The position numbers and the translations under genes were made by a program. Under the pieces are notes generated by a model. It saw only the letters and a program-made list of their open reading frames with translations, was not told the origin of the DNA and did no database searches. Shown piece after piece: positions 16,786-24,866 of a stretch of DNA of 24,866 bases. How positions within the stretch are numbered: position 1 is the first letter of the stretch; the number at the start of each line of letters is the position of its first letter. Source of the DNA: an uncultured archaeon (GTDB lineage: Archaea; Asgardarchaeota; Lokiarchaeia; Sigyniarchaeales; SOKP01); assembly GCA_964447495.1 (NCBI GenBank), contig CAYUTF010000046.1, positions 1 through 24,866 of the forward strand, given 5' to 3'.

Positions 16786-18579
16786 ATGCACCTATTGCCA
16801 AAAGTCTTTAGATCTGAAGGAGATGTTGTTGATTTTGACACCTTAAAAATTCTTGAGAGTATAATTAAAGAAACTGGTATGCAAGAAGAGGAAGCAAAGC
16901 ACGTTACTGAACTTGTAGTAAGAAGAATTATAAGCTCTGGAATAAAATTCCTTTCAGGACCACATATAAGAGAAATAGTTTGTTCAATTTTATCTGAAAA
17001 TCATTATGAAGAAGAGAGAAAATTATATACTCGCATTGGAATGCCGTTAATGGATTATGAGGATATTTTAGAAAAAGTAGATACCAATGATATTAAAAAA
17101 GTAATAAACCCCGAAAAGATACACCATTGGGCAGCTAATAAATTAGCTGAAGAGTATACGTTGTTAAGAATATTAACAGATGAAGAATCCAAAGCACATT
17201 TATTCGGTGACATTTACATTCATCAACTAAAATATTTTGATCTAAGACCATATGAACATAATTGGGATCCTAGAATTATTTTAAAATATGGGATACCCCC
17301 CACTGATTATGACTCCTTTTCATATAAAGTTGGACCTCCACAGAATTTAAGAGAAGCATTAAATCAATTAGCTAATTGGTCCGGGTTGATTCAAAATGAA
17401 TTTTCGGGACATCAAGCATTTAATCATTTAACAATTTTTTTAGCTCCCTTTATTGGTACTTTATCAGAATCCACAATTCGAAATGAACTGAAAACTTTTA
17501 TTTATGAGATTAATCATTTATCTGCTATATCGGGCAAAAGATACCTTAAATCTTCAATAGAATGTTATCCAACAATAACTAACTATTTTCTAGATGAACC
17601 AGCTATTGGTCCTCATGGGAAAATATATGGTACTTATAAAGATTATACTTCTGAATGTGTAAAACTTTTTGATGGTTTTATAGATATATTTACGGAAGGA
17701 GATTATTATTCCAATGCATTTCATTATCCTTTACACAAGATATATTTCAACAATGAATGCTTAAAGACGTATCATGATTTATATTTGAAAGTTGTTAATG
17801 AAATTAATACAAATCATACTCCCCTGTTAATAAATTCATTCTTCTCTGAAACTCATAGACCAGATGCAACAAACAATTCTTCAAAATATCTAAACAGTGG
17901 AATACTTCAAAAAATAACCATCAACTTACCCCGGATAGCATATTTAAATACTGATGAGGTTAAATTTTTAGATGGTTTAACGCTAAAGCTACGCTTGAGC
18001 GCTGAAATTTTAAATAAAAAATACGAAATAATCAAAAAAAGACTTTCCACAAACCATTTACCATTATGTAATAGTTTGATTGAAAACAACACTTTATATC
18101 AGCTAAAGAATCAAGATTTATGTATAGGATTCGTTGGCTTAAACGAAGCTATTAAAATAATGACTGAAAGTATGATGCACGAAAACTCCACATCATTTGA
18201 TTTAGGCAAGCGTATAATATCTGAAATGGTAAATATTTGCAGTGAAATGTCAATAAAGTTTAATAAAAGTTATAGTTTAATAGAAGACTCCTCAGAAAGA
18301 GCAATCGAGAGATTCGTTAAATTAGATCAAAAGCATTTTCCTGAAATTTCAATGGAATATTATAGTAATTCAACTAAATTCGACAAGAGAATTGATATTG
18401 ATTTATTTAAAAAATTAGAGTTACAAGGTACCTTTCACTCCTTAATCAAGCACGGAGCTAAAGAGGAAATTTCCCTCAAAAAAGCCAAATCTCAATATCA
18501 TAATGATGATGCTTTTTTAGAGTTTTTAGACATGATTTGCATGAAAACAAAGATAAAGAGTCTGAAATTTGTAAAATAA
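16786..18579 (+). CDS. ATP-cone + class III (anaerobic) ribonucleotide reductase homolog, probably catalytically inactive
   Basis: ATP-cone LPKVFRSEG...IREIV; NrdD motifs AHLFGDIYIH, QNEFSGHQ, ITINLPRIA, IGFVGLNEA, YYSNST. The C-terminal Zn-binding CxxC motifs and the RxxGY glycyl-radical motif are absent. Confidence 0.85.
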   Translation: MHLLPKVFRSEGDVVDFDTLKILESIIKETGMQEEEAKHVTELVVRRIISSGIKFLSGPHIREIVCSILSENHYEEERKLYTRIGMPLMDYEDILEKVDTNDIKKVINPEKIHHWAANKLAEEYTLLRILTDEESKAHLFGDIYIHQLKYFDLRPYEHNWDPRIILKYGIPPTDYDSFSYKVGPPQNLREALNQLANWSGLIQNEFSGHQAFNHLTIFLAPFIGTLSESTIRNELKTFIYEINHLSAISGKRYLKSSIECYPTITNYFLDEPAIGPHGKIYGTYKDYTSECVKLFDGFIDIFTEGDYYSNAFHYPLHKIYFNNECLKTYHDLYLKVVNEINTNHTPLLINSFFSETHRPDATNNSSKYLNSGILQKITINLPRIAYLNTDEVKFLDGLTLKLRLSAEILNKKYEIIKKRLSTNHLPLCNSLIENNTLYQLKNQDLCIGFVGLNEAIKIMTESMMHENSTSFDLGKRIISEMVNICSEMSIKFNKSYSLIEDSSERAIERFVKLDQKHFPEISMEYYSNSTKFDKRIDIDLFKKLELQGTFHSLIKHGAKEEISLKKAKSQYHNDDAFLEFLDMICMKTKIKSLKFVK

Positions 18580-18726
18580 GTTACGACGTAATTAAATTTA
18601 TTAACACTTACTTTATTCATATATTAATTTTAATATATATTGAAATTTGAAAGGGAATTTTAATCATCTCTGCTTCGACTAGTCTATTTTATATAATCAG
18701 ACCATGCGCTAAATAATAGTGATATA

Positions 18727-20139
18727 ATGACAGAACAAAAAAAAGAAATTATTACATCGATTGTATTTAGTTTATTTGATGATGATGGACCGACGCCCAA
18801 AGTTTATTGGCCAGAAGATTTAGATGAATCAGCGCGTTTATTAATTGCAATGAAAACTATAAGTTTACTAATGGGGGATTCAATATATCAAAATGGTACT
18901 AGTATTGAAGGAATTGCCTATTTTGGCGTCTTACCTTTTCCAGATTTAAAATTAAATGGCTTAACATACTTTTTTCTAATTCCTGATGAAAATGCTCGGG
19001 GTAATGCGAAAGCAGCGACCATAACAATTTTGACTGAAGAAGCAAATAAAATCTTTTTTTATGAGAATATGAAATATTTAAGAGTTATCATTGATACTGC
19101 CGCATCCAAAATTCAATCTCAAAATACTTATGATCAAAATAAAAAGATCTTATATGGGCTTAAACAAGAGTTATTTGAATTTACAAATGAAATTAAAGAT
19201 CCTTTCTCAGTGAAAAGACAGCTTAAAATTTTATTCACTGGGTTGGATCGAGCGGGAAAAACGAGTTTTCTACTTGCGGTTAAAAAGAGATATTCAGAAA
19301 TTATAAAAACCTTACCAACTAAAGGTATATCACGAACAGAAGAGAGATTATTCGAAGAACAAAATTCGCAGATATCTATTTGGGATTTAGGAGGACAAAA
19401 AAAATATCGCGAGAGATTTCTCGAGCAAGGTAAGGTATATCTCTATAATGTAGACTTATTATTTTATTTTATTGATATCCAAGATAGTGAGCGAATTGAA
19501 GAATCTATCTCTTTATTTTTAAAAATAATAAATTCTCTCAGAGAATTTGAAGAATTTCCTCCTATTGTAATTTGTATAAATAAACTGGACCCTGATTTGA
19601 AAAAATCAAAGGAGATTAATAAGAACCTCGATTTTATCAAAAATGAGATAATGAAAAATTCTCAAAATTATTTCATAAAAATATTTCAAACTTCAATCTT
19701 TGACCACTGGAGTCTTATCTCAGCATATTCATTTGGTTTATCGCAACTTAGTCCAAATCGTGAATTATTTAAGAACCAACTGCGAAATTTTTCCAAAAAG
19801 ACCCATTCCGATGCCACACTTCTATTAAACGAGAATGGAATTATTTTATCTAATTACTCAAACTCAGATATAGCAGATAAAGTATTTGAAATTTCAGCTC
19901 CTCATTTTCAAACTTTATATAAAACCTTTAAAGAATTTAAAATACTAAAAAAAGACTTTATTATTACTTCTGGAATAACAGATGAATCAAAAAGAATTGT
20001 CTTTCAAAAGATTGGAGTAGAAAAATATAATCTCTATCTATTATTATTTATGGATATAACAGAAAAAATAGAAAAAATCGAAAAACATTTACCGAAATTG
20101 GCGAATAATTTAAAAGATTTGATCAAAACCTATATTTAA
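18727..20139 (+). CDS. Longin/uDENN-like + small GTPase (Arf/Rag-like) + roadblock-like fusion protein; paralog of 5837..7342
   Basis: N-terminal SIVFSLFDDDGPTPKVYWP; G1 GLDRAGKTS, G2 PTKG, G3 WDLGGQ, G4 NKLD, G5 TSI; C-terminal LLLNENGIILS. Shares KTISLL.GD, YFG..PFPD, LSPNR.L and VFEI.AP.F-type blocks with the paralog. Confidence 0.88.
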   Translation: MTEQKKEIITSIVFSLFDDDGPTPKVYWPEDLDESARLLIAMKTISLLMGDSIYQNGTSIEGIAYFGVLPFPDLKLNGLTYFFLIPDENARGNAKAATITILTEEANKIFFYENMKYLRVIIDTAASKIQSQNTYDQNKKILYGLKQELFEFTNEIKDPFSVKRQLKILFTGLDRAGKTSFLLAVKKRYSEIIKTLPTKGISRTEERLFEEQNSQISIWDLGGQKKYRERFLEQGKVYLYNVDLLFYFIDIQDSERIEESISLFLKIINSLREFEEFPPIVICINKLDPDLKKSKEINKNLDFIKNEIMKNSQNYFIKIFQTSIFDHWSLISAYSFGLSQLSPNRELFKNQLRNFSKKTHSDATLLLNENGIILSNYSNSDIADKVFEISAPHFQTLYKTFKEFKILKKDFIITSGITDESKRIVFQKIGVEKYNLYLLLFMDITEKIEKIEKHLPKLANNLKDLIKTYI

Positions 20140-20208
20140 ACAGAATTTAATTTAATGCTTTTAGAAAAGATATTAAATTAATTAGAAAAATAAAATATTA
20201 AATAAATT

Positions 20209-21462
20209 TTAATAAACCGGTTTTCTCTTCTTTTTTACTACTATTACTAAACTAGTTATTGATATAATTACAACAGCTGTAATTACAACTATTATAATTA
20301 ACACAAGTGGATCTATTCCAAGATAATTTGTATCGATAACAGTGACTTTGAACTCAAATTCATAAGTATAAGCGCCTGAAAAAAAACCCGTAGCATAGGG
20401 AACTGGAAATTCACTATGCATTTCATCAGGAGGGAAAAAAAACCATGCTCCAATATTATAATTGAATCTTAGATAATCAATTCTATTAAAGTAGGTATGA
20501 GTAACTTGATACCATGTAGGATCACAAGCAATCCAGCCAATATTGGGCACATAATATTCAATCCACGCATGGCCTAATAACGTTGGAGACTCTCCATATC
20601 GTGAATAGAATGTATAAATATCTCCAATTTCGGGTTTAAAGTTGTTAATATTGGATACACAAAACCCTGTAACTTTACGAGCAGGTATGCCTTGAATTCG
20701 AAGAAGAGTAATCATTAAACTTGAAAATTCAGAGCAATCGCCAGTCAAATTTCCATAAGCACTAGAAGCGCCTATCTCTACATCAAGGCTATCATTATAT
20801 ACAATATTGTTGGAAATCCAGTTAATTATTTTTTGTGCTTTTGTAATGGGATTATCTGAAGGATTGACAATGCTATTTGATAAACTAATTAAATTGGTAT
20901 CATTTTTATTATAAAACGTTTCCGATTTATTACAATAAAGTCCAAAAATGTCATCAGAGTAATTATACGTCTCTATATCTGAGGGTAATATATTCTCAAA
21001 TGCAATTTCATTAAGTGTAACTAAATACTTAGAGCTCAATTTTACTTCAGGATTTTCAAAATTAAGACTTGCATTGAAAGAATCATAGGTATTATTAAAT
21101 TTGTCTGTATGGTCTAATAAGATCTCAGTTGGAATATAGCCTGAAATCTTATTATAGAGTAAAATACTCTCTTGGTATGGAGGGCACATAGGCGTAAGGA
21201 GAGAATTAGGTTGACGGTCATTCAACCGTGGTAACTTAACGTAATAATTTCCAGATCCACTTATTTGCTGAATTGAGAAATTAATTTCGACTTGATACGT
21301 TACACTTTGCTTAATCTGATATTTACTTGTTCCATTATCTGTAATACTACTTAATTTAAGAGATTCCTTTTCAATAATAATAAGATTTTCTGGAAATAAT
21401 ATTGTCGTAATCAGAGAACTACATATGATTGCAAACAAAATAAGTTGATTTTTTCTTGACAT
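20209..21462 (-). CDS. Transglutaminase-like (Cys-His-Asp) surface protein, membrane anchored
   Basis: GDCSEFS, GIPARKVTG, GHAWIEYY, WIACDPTW; N-terminal signal; C-terminal TM + KKKRK. Confidence 0.92.
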   Translation of the reverse strand: MSRKNQLILFAIICSSLITTILFPENLIIIEKESLKLSSITDNGTSKYQIKQSVTYQVEINFSIQQISGSGNYYVKLPRLNDRQPNSLLTPMCPPYQESILLYNKISGYIPTEILLDHTDKFNNTYDSFNASLNFENPEVKLSSKYLVTLNEIAFENILPSDIETYNYSDDIFGLYCNKSETFYNKNDTNLISLSNSIVNPSDNPITKAQKIINWISNNIVYNDSLDVEIGASSAYGNLTGDCSEFSSLMITLLRIQGIPARKVTGFCVSNINNFKPEIGDIYTFYSRYGESPTLLGHAWIEYYVPNIGWIACDPTWYQVTHTYFNRIDYLRFNYNIGAWFFFPPDEMHSEFPVPYATGFFSGAYTYEFEFKVTVIDTNYLGIDPLVLIIIVVITAVVIISITSLVIVVKKKRKPVY

Positions 21463-21609
21463 TTTAGTTTAACAGAAATAAGAATATGTTTGTATTAGTC
21501 ATAAAAATCTCTCTTTTTATTTTTAATTGTTCTTTAGTATAATAAAAAACATTCTTAAGAGGGAATTTTTATTATATTGGTAAAATAATTATTTTACTTA
21601 CTTTATATT

Positions 21610-22251
21610 TTGATTTATAAAATTTATTTAATTGATGGGGATAACGGTATATCTATATTAGAAGCGTCTTTTAAGGATTTTAAAGAAAGTAAGATTAATA
21701 AAGGTATCATCCCTGGTTTTTTTAAAGAAATTAACCGAATCATTGATAATATTCAAGATGCGATGGCAAAAGGAGAGAAAAAGGATGAATTATTGCGAAC
21801 TGTTGAATCCGAAAACTCAATTATTATTATATTTTACCATCCCTATTCAAGGATTTTGTTTTGTTCAATTTCTGACGCTGATGATAACAAAGATCGCTTA
21901 ATTGAAGTAATACGGAAAATTGCCAACAGATTTTGGAAAAAGCATAAATCAGATATTGAAGTATTTAGAAATACTACTGATAAGAGTAGATTCCAAACAA
22001 TTATTACAGATATAGAAAATCTAACTCATGGAGGAACCATAGCTGAAGTATTTCCTAAATTGTTGATCGCAGAAAGTGTATTAAAGAAGATAATTTCAAT
22101 GGGAATGATAAGTGAGGAGGAATTTCAAATAGCAATTAAATGTAACGGAGAGACTTCCCCGCTTGAAATATCAAGAATATTTGGTAAAACGAAATTAGAG
22201 ATTTATGAGGCTTTAAAAAAGTTGGAACAATTAGATATCATTCAAATTTAA
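21610..22251 (+). CDS. Longin-like domain + C-terminal winged-helix protein
   Basis: N-terminal IYLIDGDNGISIL, helix PGFFKEI, three beta strands, helix IRKIANRFWKKH (longin topology judged by eye). C-terminal CNGETSPLEISRIFGKTKLEIYEALKKLEQLDII wHTH pattern. TTG start. Confidence 0.7.
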   Translation: MIYKIYLIDGDNGISILEASFKDFKESKINKGIIPGFFKEINRIIDNIQDAMAKGEKKDELLRTVESENSIIIIFYHPYSRILFCSISDADDNKDRLIEVIRKIANRFWKKHKSDIEVFRNTTDKSRFQTIITDIENLTHGGTIAEVFPKLLIAESVLKKIISMGMISEEEFQIAIKCNGETSPLEISRIFGKTKLEIYEALKKLEQLDIIQI

Positions 22252-22407
22252 AATTTGTCTCTTTTCTTATTTTTGTGGCATCTTAGGGTTTCAAATAACA
22301 CTAATGATTTCTATTTAATTCCATCTTTTAGGTTTGAAATAGAAAAAAATAAAAAGTCTTAATGTTTATCTAAAATACATTAATACTAAAAAAGCGGTAA
22401 TTTTATT

Positions 22408-23010
22408 ATGGAAGATAATAAAAAAGTCATTGCTATGGTAATTTCACCTTCAAATAATGCGTTTTTAAGGAAAGGAAAAGGTTTTTCATTAAAAGAAATT
22501 AGCCAAGCTGGAAAAACGGTTCAAGAGCTTGATAAGTTAAATATTAGGATTGATTTTTTAAGAAAATCTGCTCGGCAAGAGAATATTGAAAGCTTAAAGA
22601 ATCTTAAATCTCCAAAAACACACGCAAAGAAGCGTAAACCTTTTACTGCAAAAGAGAAACGGCGAACAGAATTTAAACCAAAAAAAGAAAAGCCAATTAT
22701 TACTGAAGAGAAAACACCTGCTCCTAAGAAAGCTGAAGCGATTGTAAAACCTGCTCCTATTAAGGAAGAAGGCGTAAAAGCAAAATCCAAAGTCACAAAA
22801 ATAGAAACATCTAAGGGAGGAAAAATACCTCTTACTAAATTATCGGGATTAGGTACTACAACTGAAAAGAAATTCGTGGAATTAGGTGTAGAATCCGTAG
22901 AAGAACTCATAGCAGAAGATCCTAATGAACTATCTCAGCTAATAAAGGGATGTTCCGAGGATAGAATTAAAAAATGGATAGAAGAAGCTAAAGAACTAAT
23001 ACAAAAATGA
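22408..23010 (+). CDS. rpl13e: Ribosomal protein L13e (eL13) fused to a Lys-rich linker and a C-terminal helix-hairpin-helix domain
   Basis: RKGKGFSLKEI..AG...IRID..RKS...ENIESL matches L13e. LTKLSGLGTTTEKKFVELGVESVEEL...IKGCSEDRIKKWIEEAK is a tandem HhH. Confidence 0.82.
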   Translation: MEDNKKVIAMVISPSNNAFLRKGKGFSLKEISQAGKTVQELDKLNIRIDFLRKSARQENIESLKNLKSPKTHAKKRKPFTAKEKRRTEFKPKKEKPIITEEKTPAPKKAEAIVKPAPIKEEGVKAKSKVTKIETSKGGKIPLTKLSGLGTTTEKKFVELGVESVEELIAEDPNELSQLIKGCSEDRIKKWIEEAKELIQK

Positions 23011-23092
23011 TAGCTCTCAGATAATCAATTCCTCTATTACAAGAGTTACAATAGTGCATCTTCACCAAATATGGAATAAAGGGAGAATAAAT

Positions 23093-23590
23093 ATGGAGTA
23101 CAATTATTACGTTTATAATAAGCCGGAAGGGAATTTACAAGTTAATAAAATGCCTATATGGTTTAAAGAAGTAGAATTTGATGGCGATGAAAATAAAGGA
23201 AACCTTATTTTTCACTCCCAAAATGATTTTGATGAAATTTGGGGGAGTAATGCTAAGATGGATATTAGTTGGGAGAAAAAAGAACGTGAAAGTTTTTTTT
23301 TTGGACGAGAAATTCAAACATCTATTGATACATATAATTCAATTGGATTAGTCATTACTTCAAAAGAGAATTCATGGCTTTTAAGTCATGAATTTACGAC
23401 TTGGTTTGGTCGAAGATCTAAAATGATAAGAAAGAGATTTTATCCAGAAAAAAGTATTCATGGTATTTTTTATTGCGACATCACAGAACGCCTAATAAAT
23501 GTCCATACGGCTATTGTTGATAAATTTTATGAAAATTTTAAACCGTTCATAATTAAAGCTTATAACTCAATTATCTGTCATCCAATTTAA
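23093..23590 (+). CDS. Hypothetical protein
   Basis: Open frame. ATG at 23093, preceded by GGGAG, is preferred over the GTG at 23054. Ends SIICHPI. Confidence 0.75.
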   Translation: MEYNYYVYNKPEGNLQVNKMPIWFKEVEFDGDENKGNLIFHSQNDFDEIWGSNAKMDISWEKKERESFFFGREIQTSIDTYNSIGLVITSKENSWLLSHEFTTWFGRRSKMIRKRFYPEKSIHGIFYCDITERLINVHTAIVDKFYENFKPFIIKAYNSIICHPI

Positions 23591-23591
23591 A

Positions 23592-24329
23592 TCATTTTTT
23601 CGCTAGGAAAAAATAATTATCTTTCTTATTTGGACCTCCTAATTTTTTCGTTATAGAAATAATAAATTTTTCCATTAAGTTCTTAGCTTCTCGATAAGAA
23701 AAGAAATGGTAAAATCTTTGATATGTTTTTCCTTCTTTTGACAATGTCCAAGGGATAAATTTATCTCCATATTCACTTAATCCTCTTTCTTCTTGTTCTT
23801 TTGAATAGTTTTCTATAACTTTCCTTTTAATAAAATCCTTTATAAAAAAGTTTTTATACCTTTTTTGAAATCTACGCCACACAGATATGATTAACCATCC
23901 ATTTCCTTTGATAACGTCATAAATTTGTTCCATTATTGCATTTCTATTATCAATTCCCTTAATATGGTGAATTACAGCTATCATAAAGACCGAATGGATA
24001 ACATTTGATCTTATAGGAAGTGACTTTAAAGAACTAAGTATTAATTGGGTATGATTTAATCCTTTTTTTTGTTCATTTGACATAGCTTCCACATTTTTTT
24101 GAACTTTTTTTAACAACTCAATTGAATTATCAAGCCCAATGATATGGTTAGAATAGCTAGAGTAAAGCGGAAAATTTCTCCCATTTCCGCAACCTAAATC
24201 GAGGCAATAACCTGATGACCCTAAATTTTCTCTATTTATATCTTCTAGAAATTCTGCTAACGCATTCCAAGGTTTTTTCCTTTTGAGATTATAATCATTA
24301 GCGAGATAATCATAATAAGTATTATCCAT
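23592..24329 (-). CDS. Class I SAM-dependent methyltransferase, Trm9/ALKBH8-like
   Basis: LDLGCGNGRN, GLDNS, IAVIHHI, ISVW, IPW...YQRFYHFF. Confidence 0.85.
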   Translation of the reverse strand: MDNTYYDYLANDYNLKRKKPWNALAEFLEDINRENLGSSGYCLDLGCGNGRNFPLYSSYSNHIIGLDNSIELLKKVQKNVEAMSNEQKKGLNHTQLILSSLKSLPIRSNVIHSVFMIAVIHHIKGIDNRNAIMEQIYDVIKGNGWLIISVWRRFQKRYKNFFIKDFIKRKVIENYSKEQEERGLSEYGDKFIPWTLSKEGKTYQRFYHFFSYREAKNLMEKFIISITKKLGGPNKKDNYFFLAKK

Positions 24330-24510
24330 TTAAGATCAAATTGATAGAAGTGATATATCTGATTTATTTGTAAGTATCGAGAACTTATTTTATTTTCTTA
24401 TCTAAATTATTAAAAATCATTTCTCCAAATTATTAAACAAAGTTAAATATTTTTTTATCCTTTATAATTTGTTTATTTATTGTAAATCTATAACGATTGT
24501 AGCGATAATT

Positions 24511-24866
24511 ATGGAGCAAGTAAATTTTTTCTTATCAAATTTATGTCTTACATTACAAAATGAAATTATTGAATATTTAGATAAGGTTCATGCTTATATC
24601 AGAGACCTCTTTACTTTTAAAAACATAACAATATTTTCTAAATTAGCACATGATACTGAATTTCAAAAGAAAGAAATCATTCAAAGTATTATCTTATCGA
24701 CAAATTCCGCCTTAAATACGATTGGTATTCCTATGGAAGATTTATTATCTAACAATATCTTATTTGAAACAGTTTACACGGATAGAATTAATACTTATGG
24801 AGACTATAATGCTTTTTTTGAGAATGAATTAAAGAATTATATTAATAAATATTTGTTCAATAGCCT
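24511..24866 (+). CDS. Hypothetical protein, N-terminal part; runs off the window edge
   Basis: Translated by hand from ATG at 24511, stop-free for 118 codons in very AT-rich DNA: MEQVNFFLSNLCLTLQNEIIEYLDKVHAYIRDLF... Confidence 0.75.
   Translation, partial: MEQVNFFLSNLCLTLQNEIIEYLDKVHAYIRDLFTFKNITIFSKLAHDTEFQKKEIIQSIILSTNSALNTIGIPMEDLLSNNILFETVYTDRINTYGDYNAFFENELKNYINKYLFNS

Noticed and set aside
17907-18092. 61-aa - strand ORF
   Set aside because: Antisense to the NrdD-like gene.
18577-18726. Possible frameshifted or read-through NrdD C-terminus
   Set aside because: In-frame read-through hits another TAA after 3 codons, and I saw no CxxC or RxxGY in the short AT-rich gap, so a simple frameshift pseudogene is not supported.
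22521-23317. 129-aa and 60-aa - strand ORFs
   Set aside because: Antisense shadows of L13e-HhH and the downstream gene.

Overview
Very AT-rich, gene-dense window that looks like an Asgard archaeon (Lokiarchaeia-like). This is inferred from an archaeal TBP, L13e and an MtrH-like gene occurring with several eukaryotic-signature proteins. Ordinary genes: partial PEP synthase, macrodomain, YkgJ-type Cys-cluster protein, archaeosortase-like protein, AIR-synthase-like protein, MFS transporter, hom / LOG-family / bacterial-type thrC, PD-(D/E)xK nuclease, transglutaminase-like surface protein, and a Trm9-like methyltransferase. The main signal is a dispersed set of five genes resembling Rag/Ragulator/GATOR-FLCN building blocks. 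These are a Rag-like GTPase-roadblock followed by a Zn-ribbon-roadblock, two paralogous longin(uDENN)-GTPase-roadblock fusions, and a longin-winged-helix protein. Only one of the two fusions has a FLCN/SMCR8-like 'ARG' arginine-finger motif. Directly upstream of that fusion is an intact class III ribonucleotide reductase homolog that keeps its ATP-cone but appears catalytically dead. I saw no tRNA, rRNA, CRISPR array or mobile element. All family calls come from motif recognition by eye; no searches were run.
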